Assembly: GCF_009914755.1 (NCBI RefSeq)
Contig: NC_060940.1
Direction: 5' to 3' (one strand)
DNA from: the human T2T-CHM13v2.0 reference genome, Homo sapiens
Length of the DNA: 64,000 nt
In this document: positions 1 to 15,200 of the stretch, in pieces
Layout of the letters: each line of letters starts with the position of its first letter
How positions within the stretch are numbered: the stretch's first letter is position 1
The notes under the pieces: generated by a model
What the model was told of the DNA's origin: nothing
Seen by the model: only the letters and a program-made list of their open reading frames with translations
The model's database searches: none
Position numbers and translations under genes: made by a program

Positions 1-3000
1 TCCATGATGATTCCTTTCGATTCCATTCGCTGATGTTTCCGTTCAATTCCATTCGATGATGATTCCATTCGATTCCATTCATTGAGGATTCCATTTGATT
101 CCATTCAATGATGATTCCGTTCTATTCCATTCAATGATTGCATTCAATTCCATTCAATGATTATCCCCTTAGAGTAAACTCAACGATTCCATTCAATACC
201 ATTCGATGATGATTCCTTTTGAGTCCATTCAATGATTTCATTCAAGTCCATTTGATGATTCCTTTCAATTCCATTCTATGATGATTCCATTCGAGTCCAT
301 TCGATGATTCCATTCGATTGCATTCGATGATTCCATTATATTCCATTCAACGGTGATTCCATTCGAGTCCATTCCATGATTCCATTAGAGTACATTTAAT
401 GATTGCTTTGTTTTCAATTCGAAGATGATTACATTGGATTCCATTCTATGATACCATTCGATTCCATTCAATGATGATTCCACTCAAATCCATTGGATGT
501 TTCCATTCGTGTCCATTCGGTGATTTCATCAGATTCCATTCGAGGATGATTCCATTCGATTCCATTCGATGATTCCATTCAATTCCATTCGATGATGATT
601 CCATTCCAGTCCATATGATCATTCCATTTGATTTCATTCGATGATGATTCCATTCGATTCCATTCGATGATTCCATTCTATTCCATTCGATGATGATTCC
701 ATTCGAGTCCATTCGATGATTCCATTCGAGTCCATTTAATGATTCCATTGGGTTCAATTCAATGATGATTACATTGGATTCCGTTCTATGATTCCATTCA
801 ATTCCATTCATTGACAATTTGATTCCATTCGATGATGATTCCATTTGAGTTCATTCGATGATTCTATTCGATTCTCTTCGATGGTGATTCAATTCTATTA
901 TATTGGATGATTCCATTCGATTCCATTTGATGTTGATTCAATTCGATTCTATTCGATGATGATTCCATTGGATTTCACTTGATGATTCTATTCGATTCCA
1001 TTCAATGATGATTCACTTCTCGTCCATTGGATGATTCCATTTCATTCCATTCGATGATGATTCCATTCGATTCCATTCGATGATTCCATTTGATTCCATG
1101 CGACGGTGAGCAATTCGATTCAATTCCATGATGATTCTATTTGATTCAATTAGATGATGTTTCCATTCGAATCCATTCCATGATTATTCCATTGGAATCC
1201 ATTCGGCGATGATTCCATATGAGTCAATTCAATGATGATTCCATATGGGTCCGTTCGATGATAATTCCATTTGATTTCATTCGATGCTTCTATTCTATTC
1301 CAGTCGATGATGATTCCGTTGGAGTCCATACGATGATTCCATTTGATTTCATTTGATGATGATTCCATTCGATGATGATTACATTGGATTCCATTCTATG
1401 ATTCCATTCAATTCCATTCGTTGATGATTCGATTCCATTCAATGATGATTCCATTTGAGTTCTTTCGATGATTCTATTCGATTCCGTTCGATGGTGATTC
1501 AATTCTATTATATTGGATGATTCCACTCGATTCCATTTGATGATTATTCCATTGGAGTCCACTTAGTGAATCCTTTAGATTCTACTCGACGATGATTCCA
1601 TTCGAGTCCATTCGATGATACCATTCAATTCCATTCGTTGATGCTTCCATTCAAGTGCATTCGATGATATCATTCGATTCCATTTGATGATAATTCCATT
1701 TGATTCCATGCGATGATTCTATTCGATTCCATTCAATGATAATTCCATTCAATTCAGTGATTCCTCTGGACTCCATTTGATGATGATTCCATTCAATGAT
1801 TCCATTCGATTCTATTCGAAAATGATTGCATTTGAATCCATTTGATGATGATTCCATTAGATTCCATTTGATGATTCCATTCTATTCCATTCGACGATGA
1901 TTCCATTCGATTCCGTTTGATGATTCCATTCTATTCTATTCGATGATGATTCCATTCGATTCCATTCGATGATGTTTGGATTCGATTCCATTTGATGATT
2001 TCATTTGATTCCATTCGTTAATGATTTCGATCAATTCCATTCGATGATTCCATTCGATTCCATTCGATAATGATTACATCCGAGTCCATTCGATGATTCC
2101 CTTTGAGCCTGTTCGATAATTCCATTTGAGTCCAACCAATGATTCCATTCATTTCCATTCAATGATTCCATTCGAGTCCATTTGATCATTCCGGTAGGGT
2201 CCATTCGATGTTGATTCCATTGGAGTGCATTCGATGATTCCATTCGAGTCCATTTTAGGATTTGATTCGAGTCCTTTCGATGATTCCATTCGATTCCACT
2301 CGATGATGATTTCATTCGAGTCCATTCGACACTTCCAATCGATTCCATTTGATGATTCCATTCGAGTCCAATTGATGATTCCATTCAATTCCATTCGATG
2401 ATGATTCCGTACGATTCCATTCTGTGATGATTCCATGTGATTGCATTCAATGATGATTCCTTTCGATTGCATTCGATTATGATTCATTTCGTGTTCATTC
2501 TATGGTTCCACAGGTTTCCATTCGTGTCCATTCCATTATTCCATTCTATTCCATTTGATGATGATTCCATTCGATTCCATTCATTGGTGATTCCACTCAA
2601 TTCCATTCAATGATTCCATTCCATTTCTTTCAACAATGATTCCATTAGTTTCTAATCGATGATCCACTTGATTCCATTTGACGACGATTCCATTCTTGTC
2701 CATTCGATGATTCCATTTGATTCCATATGATGATGATTCCATTCGATTCCATACCATGATGATTCCATTCGAGTCCATTCAATGGTGATTCCATTCAATT
2801 CCATTCGATGATTCCTTTTGATTCCATTCGATGATGATGGCATTCGATTCCTTTCAATCATTCCCTTTGATTCCATTCAAAGGTGATTTCATTCAAGTCC
2901 ATTCGATAATTGCATTCGATTCCATTCTATGATGATTCCATTCGAGTCCATTTGATGATTCCATTCAATTCAAGTCAATGATGATTCCATTCGATTCCAT

Positions 3001-6000
3001 TCGAAGATTCCATTGGATTCCATTCGATGATGATTCCATTCAAATCCATTCGATAATTCAATTCAAGTCCATTCGATGATGATTCCAATCGAATCCATTC
3101 AAAGATTCCATTCAGTTCCATTCGATGATTCCCTTAGATTCCATTCGATGATTCCACTTGATTGCATTTACGATGATTCCATTCGATTCCATGTGATGAT
3201 TCCATTCAATTCTATTCAATGATGTCTCCATTTGATTCCATTCGACCATGATTGCCTTTGATTCCATTCAATGATTCCATTCGGTTCCGTTTGATGATGA
3301 TTCCGTTCGATTCCATTTGATGATTCCATTTGATTCCATTGGATGAGTCCATTCGATTACATTCGATGATTATTCCATTCGAGTGCATTAGATGATTCCA
3401 TTCGAGTCCATTCGATGATTCCATTCGATTCCATTCGATGTTGATTCTGTTCAAATCCATTCGATGATTCCACTCGATTCCATTCGTTGACTCCATTTGA
3501 TCCCATCCGATGATTTCCTTTGATTCCCTTTGATGATCATTCCATTTGATTCAATTCGGTGATTTCATTTGATTCCATTCAGTGATGTTTCCATTCGACT
3601 CCATTCGATGATGATTCCATTCGACTCCATTCGATTATGATTTCATTCAATTCCATTCGATAATGATTCCCTTCGAGTCCATTCGATGATTCCATTCGAT
3701 TCCATTCAACGATGATTTGATTCGTGTCCATTCGATGATTCCATTTGATTCCACTTGATGATGATTCCATTCGAGTCCATTTGATGATTCCATTCAATTC
3801 CATACTCCGATGATTTCTTTTGAGCCCACTCAATGCTTCCACTCGATTCCATATGATGATGACTCCATTCGATGAAATTCGATGATGATTCCATTCGCTT
3901 GCTTTCGATGATGATTCCACTTGAGTCCGTTAGAAGATTCTATTCAATTACATTCCATGACGATTCCGTTCGAGTCCATTTGATGATTCCATTAGACTCC
4001 ATTCGACGATGATTCCATTCGATGTTATTCGATGATTCCATTCGATCTCATTCGATGATGATTCCATTCAACTCCATTCGATGTTTCCATTCGAGTTCAT
4101 TCTATTATTCCATTAGATTCCATTCGATGATGATTCCATTCGATTCCATTTGATGATTGCATTCTATTTCATTTGATGATGATTCCATTCGAGTCCACTC
4201 GATGATTCCATTCGAGTCCATTTAATGAATCCATTGGTTTCAATTCTATGATGATTACATTGGATTCCATTCGTTGATGATTTCATTCGGTTCCATTCAA
4301 TGATGATTCCATTCAATTCCTTTCAATGTTTCCATTCAATTCCATACGATGATGATTCCATTTGATTTGATTCGACAGTGAGCCATTCGATTCAATTCCA
4401 TGATGATTCTATTTGATTCAATTGGTTGACATTTCCATTCGATTCCATTCGATGATGATTCCCTTTGATTCCGTTGAACGATGATTCCATTCTAGCCCAT
4501 TCAATCATTCCATTCGATTCTATTCAATGATGATTCCATTCATGTCGATTTGGTGATTCCATTTGACTTCATTTGATGATGATTCCTTTCAAGTTCATTA
4601 GATGATTCCATTCGATTCCATTTGATGATGATCCCATTCGAGTCCATTCAGTGATTCCATTCGTTTCCATTCCATGATGATTCCATTCCTTTCCATTCAA
4701 TGATTCCATTCGATTCCGTTTGATGATGATTTCATTCGAGTCCATTTGATGATTCCATTTGATTCCATTCGATGATGATTCCATTCGAGTCCATTCGATG
4801 ATTCTATTCGAATCCATTTGATGATTTCTTTTGATTATATTTGGTGATGATTCCATTGGAGTCCATTCAATGATTCCATTCTATTCCAATCGATGATGAT
4901 TCCATTAGAGTCCATTTAATGATTCCATTTGATTCCAGTCTCTGATGATTACATTCGAGTCCATACGATGATTCCACTCAATTCCATATGATGATGATTC
5001 CATTTGATTCCATTCGGTGATTCCATTCTATTCTATTCAATGGTGATTCCATTCGAGTACATTAGATGATTCCATTCGATTCCATTCAATGATGATTCTA
5101 TTTGTGTCCCTTAGATGATTCCACATGATTCCATTAGATGATGATACTATTTGAGCCCATCCAATGATTCCCTTCGATTCCATTCGATGAGGATTCCATT
5201 CGATTCAATTCATTGGTGATTCTATTCAATTCAATTCTTTGATTCCATTCCATTCCATTCGACAATGATTCCATTCGATTTCTTTCGATGATTCCACTCG
5301 ATTCCACTTGACATTGATTCCATTCGATTCCATTCAATGATTCCATTTGATTCCAGTGGATGATGATTGCCATCGATTCCATTCGATCACTCCATTCTAT
5401 TCCATTTGATGATGATTACATTCGATTCCATTTGATGATTCCATCTGATTCTATTCGAGGATTCCATTTGATTCCATTCGATGATGATTCCATTCGAGTC
5501 CATTCGATGATTTCATTCGAGTACATCCAATGATTCCATTCGAGTCCATTAGATGATTCCATTTGATTCCATTTGAAAATGATTCTACTAGAGTCCATTC
5601 AATGACTCCATTCGAGTCCATTCAACAATTCCATTCGACTCCATTCGATGATTCCATTCGATTCCATTTGATGGTTCCATTCGAGTCCATTTAATCATTA
5701 CAGTCGAGTCCATTTGGTGATTCCACTGGATTTCTTTTGATAATGATACCATTCAATTACATTTGATGATGATCCCATTCAATTTCATTTGATGATGATT
5801 CCATTAGAGTCCATTCGATGATTTCATTCGAGTCCCTTCATTGATTCCATCCGATTTCATTGGATGATGACTCCATTCGAGTCCATTCGATGATTCCACT
5901 CGATTCCATTAGATGACTCCATTGGAGTCCATTTGATTGTTCCATTCGATTCCATTCGATTCCTTTCGAAGATTATTCCATTTGAGTCCATTCGATGATG

Positions 6001-6112
6001 ATTCCATTCCATTCCATTCGATGATTCCGTTTGATTCCATTCGATGATTCCCTTCGATTCCTTTCTTTGATGATTCCATTCCATTCCATTCAATGATTCC
6101 ATTCGAATCTAT
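1..6112 (+). repeat. Short higher-order unit S1 (6112 bp; phase defined by window start)
   Basis: Landmark TCCATGATGATTCCTTTCGATTCCATTCGCTGATG at 1 recurs at 6113. ORF-track landmarks recur at +6112 (446/6558, 3212/9324, 5857/11969). Confidence 0.93.
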
Positions 6113-9100
6113 TCCATGATGATTCCTTTCGATTCCATTCGCTGATGTTTCCGTTCAATTCCATTCGATGATGATTCCATTCGATTCCATTCATTGAGGA
6201 TTCCATTTGATTCCATTCAATGATGATTCCATTCTATTCCATTCAATGATTGCATTCAATTCCATTCAATGATTATCCCATTAGAGTAAACTCAACGATT
6301 CCATTCAATACCATTCGATGATGATTCCTTTTGAGTCCATTCAATGATTTCATTCAAGTCCATTTGATGATTCCTTTCAATTCCATTCTATGATGATTCC
6401 ATTCGAGTCCATTCGATGATTTCATTCGATTGCATTCGATGATTCCATTATATTCCATTCAACGGTGATTCCATTCGAGTCCATTCCATGATTCCATTAG
6501 AGTACATTTAATGATTGCTTTGTTTTCAATTCGAAGATGATTACATTCGATTCCATTCTATGATACCATTCGATTCCATTCAATGATGATTCCACTCAAA
6601 TCCATTGGATGATTCCATTCGTGTCCATTCGGTGATTTCATTAGATTCCATTCGAGGATGATTCCATTCGATTCCATTCGATGATTCCATTCAATTCCAT
6701 TCGATGATGATTCCATTACAGTCCATATGATCATTCCATTTGATTTCATTCGATGATGATTCCATTCGATTCGATTCGACGATTCCATTCTATTCCATTC
6801 GATGATGATTCCATTCGAGTCCATTCGATCATTCCATTCGAGTCCATTTAATGATTCCATTGGGTTCAATTCAATGATGATTACATTGGATTCCGTTCTA
6901 TGATTCCATTCAATTCCGTTCATTGACAATTTGATTCCATTCGATGATGATTCCATTTGAGTTCATTCGATGATTCTATTCGATTCTCTTCGATGGTGAT
7001 TCAATTCTATTATATTGGATGATTCCATTCGATTCCATTTGATGTTGATTCAATTCGATTCTATTCGATGATGATTCCATTGGATTTCACTTGATGATTC
7101 TATTCGATTCCATTCAATGATGATTCACTTCTCGTCCATTGGATGATTCCATTTCATTCCATTCGATGATGATTCCATTCGATTCCATTCGATGATTCCA
7201 TTTGATTCCATGCGACGGTGAGCAATTCAATTCAATTCCATGATGATTCTATTTGATTCAATTAGATGATGTTTCCATTCGAATCCATTCCATGATTATT
7301 CCATTGGAATCCATTCGGCGATGATTCCATATGAGTCAATTCAATGATGATTCCATATGGGTCCGTTCGATGATAATTCCATTTGATTTCATTCGATGCT
7401 TCTATTCTATTCCAGTCGATGATGATTCCGTTGGAGTCCATACGATGATTCCATTTGATTTCATTTGATGATGATTCCATTCGATGATGATTACATTGGA
7501 TTCCATTCTATGATTCCATTCAATTCCATTCGTTGATGATTCGATTCCATTCAATGATGATTCCATTTGAGTTCATTCGATGATTCTATTCGATTCCGTT
7601 CGATGGTGATTCAATTCTTTTATATTGGATGATTCCACTCGATTCCATTTGATGATTATTCCATTGGAGTCCACTTAGTGAATCCTTTAGATTCTACTCG
7701 ACGATGATTCCATTCGAGTCCATTCGATGATACCATTCAATTCCATTCGTTGATGCTTCCATTCAAGTGCATTCGATGATATCATTTGATTCCATTTGAT
7801 GATAATTCCATTTGATTCCATGCGATGATTCTATTCGATTCCATTCAATGATAATTCCATTCAATTCAGTGATTCCTCTGGACTCCATTTGATGATGATT
7901 CCATTCAATGATTCCATTCGATTCTATTCGAAAATGATTCCATTTGAATCCATTTGATGATGATTCCATTAGATTCCATTTGATGATTCCATTCGATTCC
8001 ATTCGATGATGATTCCATTCGATTCCGTTTGATGATTCCATTCCATTCTATTCGATGATGATTCCATTCGATTCCATTCGATGATGATTGGATTCGATTC
8101 CATTTGATGATTTCATTTGATTCCATTCGTTAATGATTTCGATCAATTCCATTCGATGATTCCATTCGATTCCATTTGATAATGATTACATCCGAGTCCA
8201 TTCGATGATTCCATTTGAGCCCGTTCGATAATTCCATTTGAGTCCAATCAATGATTCCAGTCATTTCCATTCAATGATTCCATTCGAGTCCATTTGATCA
8301 TTCCGGTAGGGTCCATTCGATGTTGATTCCATTGGAGTGCATTCGATGATTCCATTCGAGTCCATTTTAGGATTTGATTCGAGTCCTTTCGATGATTCCA
8401 TTCGATTCCACTCGATGATGATTTCATTCGAGTCCATTCGACACTTCCAATCGATTCCATTTGATGATTCCATTCGAGTCCAATTGATGATTCCATTCAA
8501 TTCCATTCGATGATGATTCCGTACGATTCCATTCTGTGATGATTCCATGTGATTGCATTCAATGATGATTCCTTTCGATTGCATTCGATTATGATTCATT
8601 TCGTGTTCATTCTATGGTTCCACAGGTTTCCATTCGTGTCCATTCCATTATTCCATTCTATTCCATTTGATGATGATTCCATTCGATTCCATTCATTGGT
8701 GATTCCACTCAATTCCATTCAATGATTCCATTCCATTTCTTTCAACAATGATTCCATTAGTTTCTAATCGATGATCCACTTGATTCCATTTGACGACGAT
8801 TCCATTCTTGTCCATTCGATGATTCCATTTGATTCCATATGATGATGATTCCATTCGATTCCATACCATGATGATTCCATTCGAGTCCATTCAATGGTGA
8901 TTCCATTCAATTCCATTCGATGATTCCTTTTGATTCCATTCGATGATGATGGCATTCGATTCCTTTCAATCATTCCCTTTGATTCCATTCAAAGGTGATT
9001 TCATTCAAGTCCATTCGATAATTGCATTCGATTCCATTCTATGATGATTCCATTCGAGTCCATTTGATGATTCCATTCAATTCAAGTCAATGATGATTCC

Positions 9101-12100
9101 ATTCGATTCCATTCGATGATTCCATTGGATTCCATTCGATGATGATTCCATTCAAATCCATTCGATAATTCAATTCAAGTCCATTCGATGATGATTCCAA
9201 TCGAATCCATTCAAAGATTCCATTCAGTTCCATTCGATGATTCCCTTAGATTCCATTCGATGATTCCACTTGATTGCATTTACGATGATTCCATTCGATT
9301 CCATGTGATGATTCCATTCAATTCTATTCAATGATGTCTCCATTTGATTCCATTCGACCATGATTGCCTTTGATTCCATTCAATGATTCCATTCGGTTCC
9401 GTTTGATGATGATTCCGTTCGATTCCATTTGATGATTCCATTTGATTCCATTGGATGAGTCCATTCGATTACATTCGATGATTATTCCATTCGAGTGCAT
9501 TAGATGATTCCATTCGAGTCCATTCGATGATTCCATTCGATTCCATTCGATGTTGATTCTGTTCAAATCCATTCGATGATTCCACTCGATTCCATTCGTT
9601 GACTCCATTTGATCCCATTCGATGATTTCCTTTGATTCCCTTTGATGATCATTCCATTTGATTCAATTCGGTGATTTCATTTCATTCCATTCAGTGATGT
9701 TTCCATTCGACTCCATTCGATGATGATTCCATTCGACTCCATTCGATTATGATTTCATTCAATTCCATTCGATAATGATTCCCTTCGAGTCCATTCGATG
9801 ATTCCATTCGATTCCATTCAACGATGATTTGATTCGTGTCCATTCGATGATTCCATTTGATTCCACTTGATGATGATTCCATTCGAGTCCATTTGATGAT
9901 TCCATTCAATTCCATACTCCGATGATTTCTTTTGAGCCCACTCAATGCTTCCACTCGATTCCATATGATGATGACTCCATTCGATGAAATTCGATGATGA
10001 TTCCATTCGCTTGCTTTCGATGATGATTCCACTTGAGTCCGTTAGAAGATTCTATTCAATTACATTCCATGACGATTCCGTTCGAGTCCATTTGATGATT
10101 CCATTAGACTCCATTCGACGATGATTCCATTCGATGTTATTCGATGATTCCATTTGATCTCATTCGATGATGATTCCATTCAACTCCATTCGATGTTTCC
10201 ATTCGAGTTCATTCTATTATTCCATTAGATTCCATTCGATGATGATTCCATTCGATTCCATTTGATGATTGCATTCTATATCATTTGATGATGATTCCAT
10301 TCGAGTCCACTCGATGATTCCATTCGAGTCCATTTAATGAATCCATTGGTTTCAATTCTATGATGATTACATTGGATTCCATTTGTTGATGATTTCATTC
10401 GGTTCCATTCAATGATGATTCCATTCAATTCCTTTCAATGTTTCCATTCAATTCCATACGATGATGATTCCATTTGATTTGATTCGACAGTGAGCCATTC
10501 GATTCAATTCCATGATGATTCTATTTGATTCAATTGGTTGACATTTCCATTCGATTCCATTCGATGATGATTCCCTTTGATTCCGTTCAAAGATGATTCC
10601 ATTCTAGCCCATTCAATCATTCCATTCGATTCTATTCAATGATGATTCCATTCATGTCGATTTGGTGATTCCATTTGACTTCATTTGATGATGATTCCTT
10701 TCAAGTTCATTAGATGATTCCATTCGATTCCATTTGATGATGATCCCATTCGAGTCCATTCAGTGATTCCATTCGTTTCCATTCCATGATGATTCCATTC
10801 CTTTCCATTCAATGATTCCATTCGATTCCGTTTGATGATGATTTCATTCGAGTCCATTTGATGATTCCATTTGATTCCATTCGATGATGATTCCATTCGA
10901 GTCCATTCGATGATTCTATTCGAATCCATTTGATGATTTCTTTTGATTATATTTGGTGATGATTCCATTGGAGTCCATTCAATGATTCCATTCTATTCCA
11001 ATCGATGATGATTCCATTAGAGTCCATTTAATGATTCCATTTGATTCCAGTCTCTGATGATTACATTCGAGTCCATACGATGATTCCACTCAATTCCATA
11101 TGATGATGATTCCATTTGATTCCATTCGGTGATTCCATTCTATTCTATTCAATGGTGATTCCATTCGAGTACATTAGATGATTCCATTCGATTCCATTCA
11201 ATGATGATTCTATTTGTGTCCCTTAGATGATTCCACATGATTCCATTAGATGATGATACTATTTGAGCCCATCCAATGATTCCCTTCGATTCCATTCGAT
11301 GAGGATTCCATTCGATTCAATTCATTGGTGATTCTATTCAATTCAATTCTTTGATTCCATTCCATTCCATTCGACAATGATTCCATTCGATTTCTTTCGA
11401 TGATTCCACTCGATTCCACTTGACATTGATTCCATTCGATTCCATTCAATGATTCCATTTGATTCCAGTGGATGATGATTGCCATCGATTCCATTCGATC
11501 ACTCCATTCTATTCCATTTGATGATGATTACATTCGATTCCATTTGATGATTCCATCTGATTCTATTCGAGGATTCCATTTGATTCCATTCGATGATGAT
11601 TCCATTCGAGTCCATTCGATGATTTCATTCGAGTACATCCAATGATTCCATTCGAGTCCATTAGATGATTCCATTTGATTCCATTTGAAAATGATTCTAC
11701 TAGAGTCCATTCAATGACTCCATTCGAGTCCATTCAACAATTCCATTCGACTCCATTCGATGATTCCATTCGATTCCATTTGATGGTTCCATTCGAGTCC
11801 ATTTAATCATTACAGTCGAGTCCATTTGGTGATTCCACTGGATTTCTTTTGATAATGATACCATTCAATTACATTTGATGATGATCCCATTCAATTTCAT
11901 TTGATGATGATTCCATTAGAGTCCATTCGATGATTTCATTCGAGTCCCTTCATTGATTCCATCCGATTTCATTGGATGATGACTCCATTCGAGTCCATTC
12001 GATGATTCCACTCGATTCCATTAGATGACTCCATTGGAGTCCATTTGATTGTTCCATTCGATTCCATTCGATTCCTTTCGAAGATTATTCCATTTGAGTC

Positions 12101-12224
12101 CATTCGATGATGATTCCATTCCATTCCATTCGATGATTCCGTTTGATTCCATTCGATGATTCCCTTCGATTCCTTTCTTTGATGATTCCATTCCATTCCA
12201 TTCAATGATTCCATTCGAATCTAT
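6113..12224 (+). repeat. Short higher-order unit S2 (6112 bp)
   Basis: Landmark at 6113 and 12225; ORFs at 6558/12670 and 11969/18081 are offset by 6112. Confidence 0.93.
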
Positions 12225-15200
12225 TCCATGATGATTCCTTTCGATTCCATTCGCTGATGTTTCCGTTCAATTCCATTCGATGATGATTCCATTCGATTCC
12301 ATTCATTGAGGATTCCATTTGATTCCATTCAATGATGATTCCATTCTATTCCATTCAATGATTGCATTCAATTCCATTCAATGATTATCCCATTAGAGTA
12401 AACTCAACGATTCCATTCAATACCATTCGATGATGATTCCTTTTGAGTCCATTCAATGATTTCATTCAAGTCCATTTGATGATTCCTTTCAATTCCATTC
12501 TATGATGATTCCATTCGAGTCCATTCGATGATTTCATTCGATTGCATTCGATGATTCCATTATATTCCATTCAACGGTGATTCCATTCGAGTCCATTCCA
12601 TGATTCCATTAGAGTACATTTAATGATTGCTTTGTTTTCAATTCGAAGATGATTACATTCGATTCCATTCTATGATACCATTCGATTCCATTCAATGATG
12701 ATTCCACTCAAATCCATTGGATGATTCCATTCGTGTCCATTCGGTGATTTCATTAGATTCCATTCGAGGATGATTCCATTCGATTCCATTCGATGATTCC
12801 ATTCAATTCCATTCGATGATGATTCCATTCCAGTCCATATGATCATTCCATTTGATTTCATTCGATGATGATTCCATTCGATTCGATTCGACGATTCCAT
12901 TCTATTCCATTCGATGATGATTCCATTCGAGTCCATTCGATCATTCCATTCGAGTCCATTTAATGATTCCATTGGGTTCAATTCAATGATGATTACATTG
13001 GATTCCGTTCTATGATTCCATTCAATTCCGTTCATTGACAATTTGATTCCATTCGATGATGATTCCATTTGAGTTCATTCGATGATTCTATTCGATTCTC
13101 TTCGATGGTGATTCAATTCTATTATATTGGATAATTCCATTCGATTCCATTTGATGTTGATTCAATTCGATTCTATTCGATGATGATTCCATTGGATTTC
13201 ACTTGATGATTCTATTCGATTCCATTCAATGATGATTCACTTCTCGTCCATTGGATGATTCCATTTCATTCCATTCGATGATGATTCCATTCGATTCCAT
13301 TCGATGATTCCATTTGATTCCATGCGACGGTGAGCAATTCGATTCAATTCCATGATGATTCTATTTGATTCAATTAGATGATGTTTCCATTCGAATCCAT
13401 TCCATGATTATTCCATTGGAATCCATTCGGCGATGATTCCATATGAGTCAATTCAATGATGATTCCATATGGGTCCGTTCGATGATAATTCCATTTGATT
13501 TCATTCGATGCTTCTATTCTATTCCAGTCGATGATGATTCCGTTGGAGTCCATACGATGATTCCATTTGATTTCATTTGATGATGATTCCATTCGATGAT
13601 GATTACATTGGATTCCATTCTATGATTCCATTCAATTCCATTCGTTGATGATTCGATTCCATTCAATGATGATTCCATTTGAGTTCATTCGATGATTCTA
13701 TTCGATTCCGTTCGATGGTGATTCAATTCTATTATATTGGATGATTCCACTCGATTCCATTTGATGATTATTCCATTGGAGTCCACTTAGTGAATCCTTT
13801 AGATTCTACTCGACGATGATTCCATTCGAGTCCATTCGATGATACCATTCAATTCCATTCGTTGATGCTTCCATTCAAGTGCATTCGATGATATCATTCG
13901 ATTCCATTTGATGATAATTCCATTTGATTCCATGCGATGATTCTATTCGATTCCATTCAATGATAATTCCATTCAATTCAGTGATTCCTCTGGACTCCAT
14001 TTGATGATGATTCCATTCAATGATTCCATTCGATTCTATTCGAAAATGATTCCATTTGAATCCATTTGATGATGATTCCATTAGATTCCATTTGATGATT
14101 CCATTCGATTCCATTCGACGATGATTCCATTCGATTCCGTTTGATGATTCCATTCTATTCTATTCGATGATGATTCCATTCGATTCCATTCGATGATGAT
14201 TGGATTCGATTCCATTTGATGATTTCATTTGATTCCATTCGTTAATGATTTCGATCAATTCCATTCGATGATTCCATTCGATTCCATTCGATAATGATTA
14301 CATCCGAGTCCATTCGATGATTCCCTTTGAGCCTGTTCGATAATTCCATTTGAGTCCAACCAATGATTCCATTCATTTCCATTCAATGATTCCATTCGAG
14401 TCCATTTGATCATTCCGGTAGGGTCCATTCGATGTTGATTCCATTGGAGTGCATTCGATGATTCCATTCGAGTCCATTTTAGGATTTGATTCGAGTCCTT
14501 TCGATGATTCCATTCGATTCCACTCGATGATGATTTCATTCGAGTCCATTCGACACTTCCAATCAATTCCATTTGATGATTCCATTCGAGTCCAATTGAT
14601 GATTCCATTCAATTCCATTCGATGATGATTCCGTACGATTCCATTCTGTGATGATTCCATGTGATTGCATTCAATGATGATTCCTTTCGATTGCATTCGA
14701 TTATGATTCATTTCGTGTTCATTCTATGGTTCCACAGGTTTCCATTCGTGTCCATTCCATTATTCCATTCTATTCCATTTGATGATGATTCCATTCGATT
14801 CCATTCATTGGTGATTCCACTCAATTCCATTCAATGATTCCATTCCATTTCTTTCAACAATGATTCCATTAGTTTCTAATCGATGATCCACTTGATTCCA
14901 TTTGACGACGATTCCATTCTTGTCCATTCGATGATTCCATTTGATTCCATATGATGATGATTCCATTCGATTCCATACCATGATGATTCCATTCGAGTCC
15001 ATTCAATGGTGATTCCATTCAATTCCATTTGATGATTCCTTTTGATTCCATTCGATGATGATGGCATTCGATTCCTTTCAATCATTCCCTTTGATTCCAT
15101 TCAAAGGTGATTTCATTCAAGTCCATTCGATAATTGCATTCGATTCCATTCTATGATGATTCCATTCGAGTCCATTTGATGATTCCATTCAATTCAAGTC

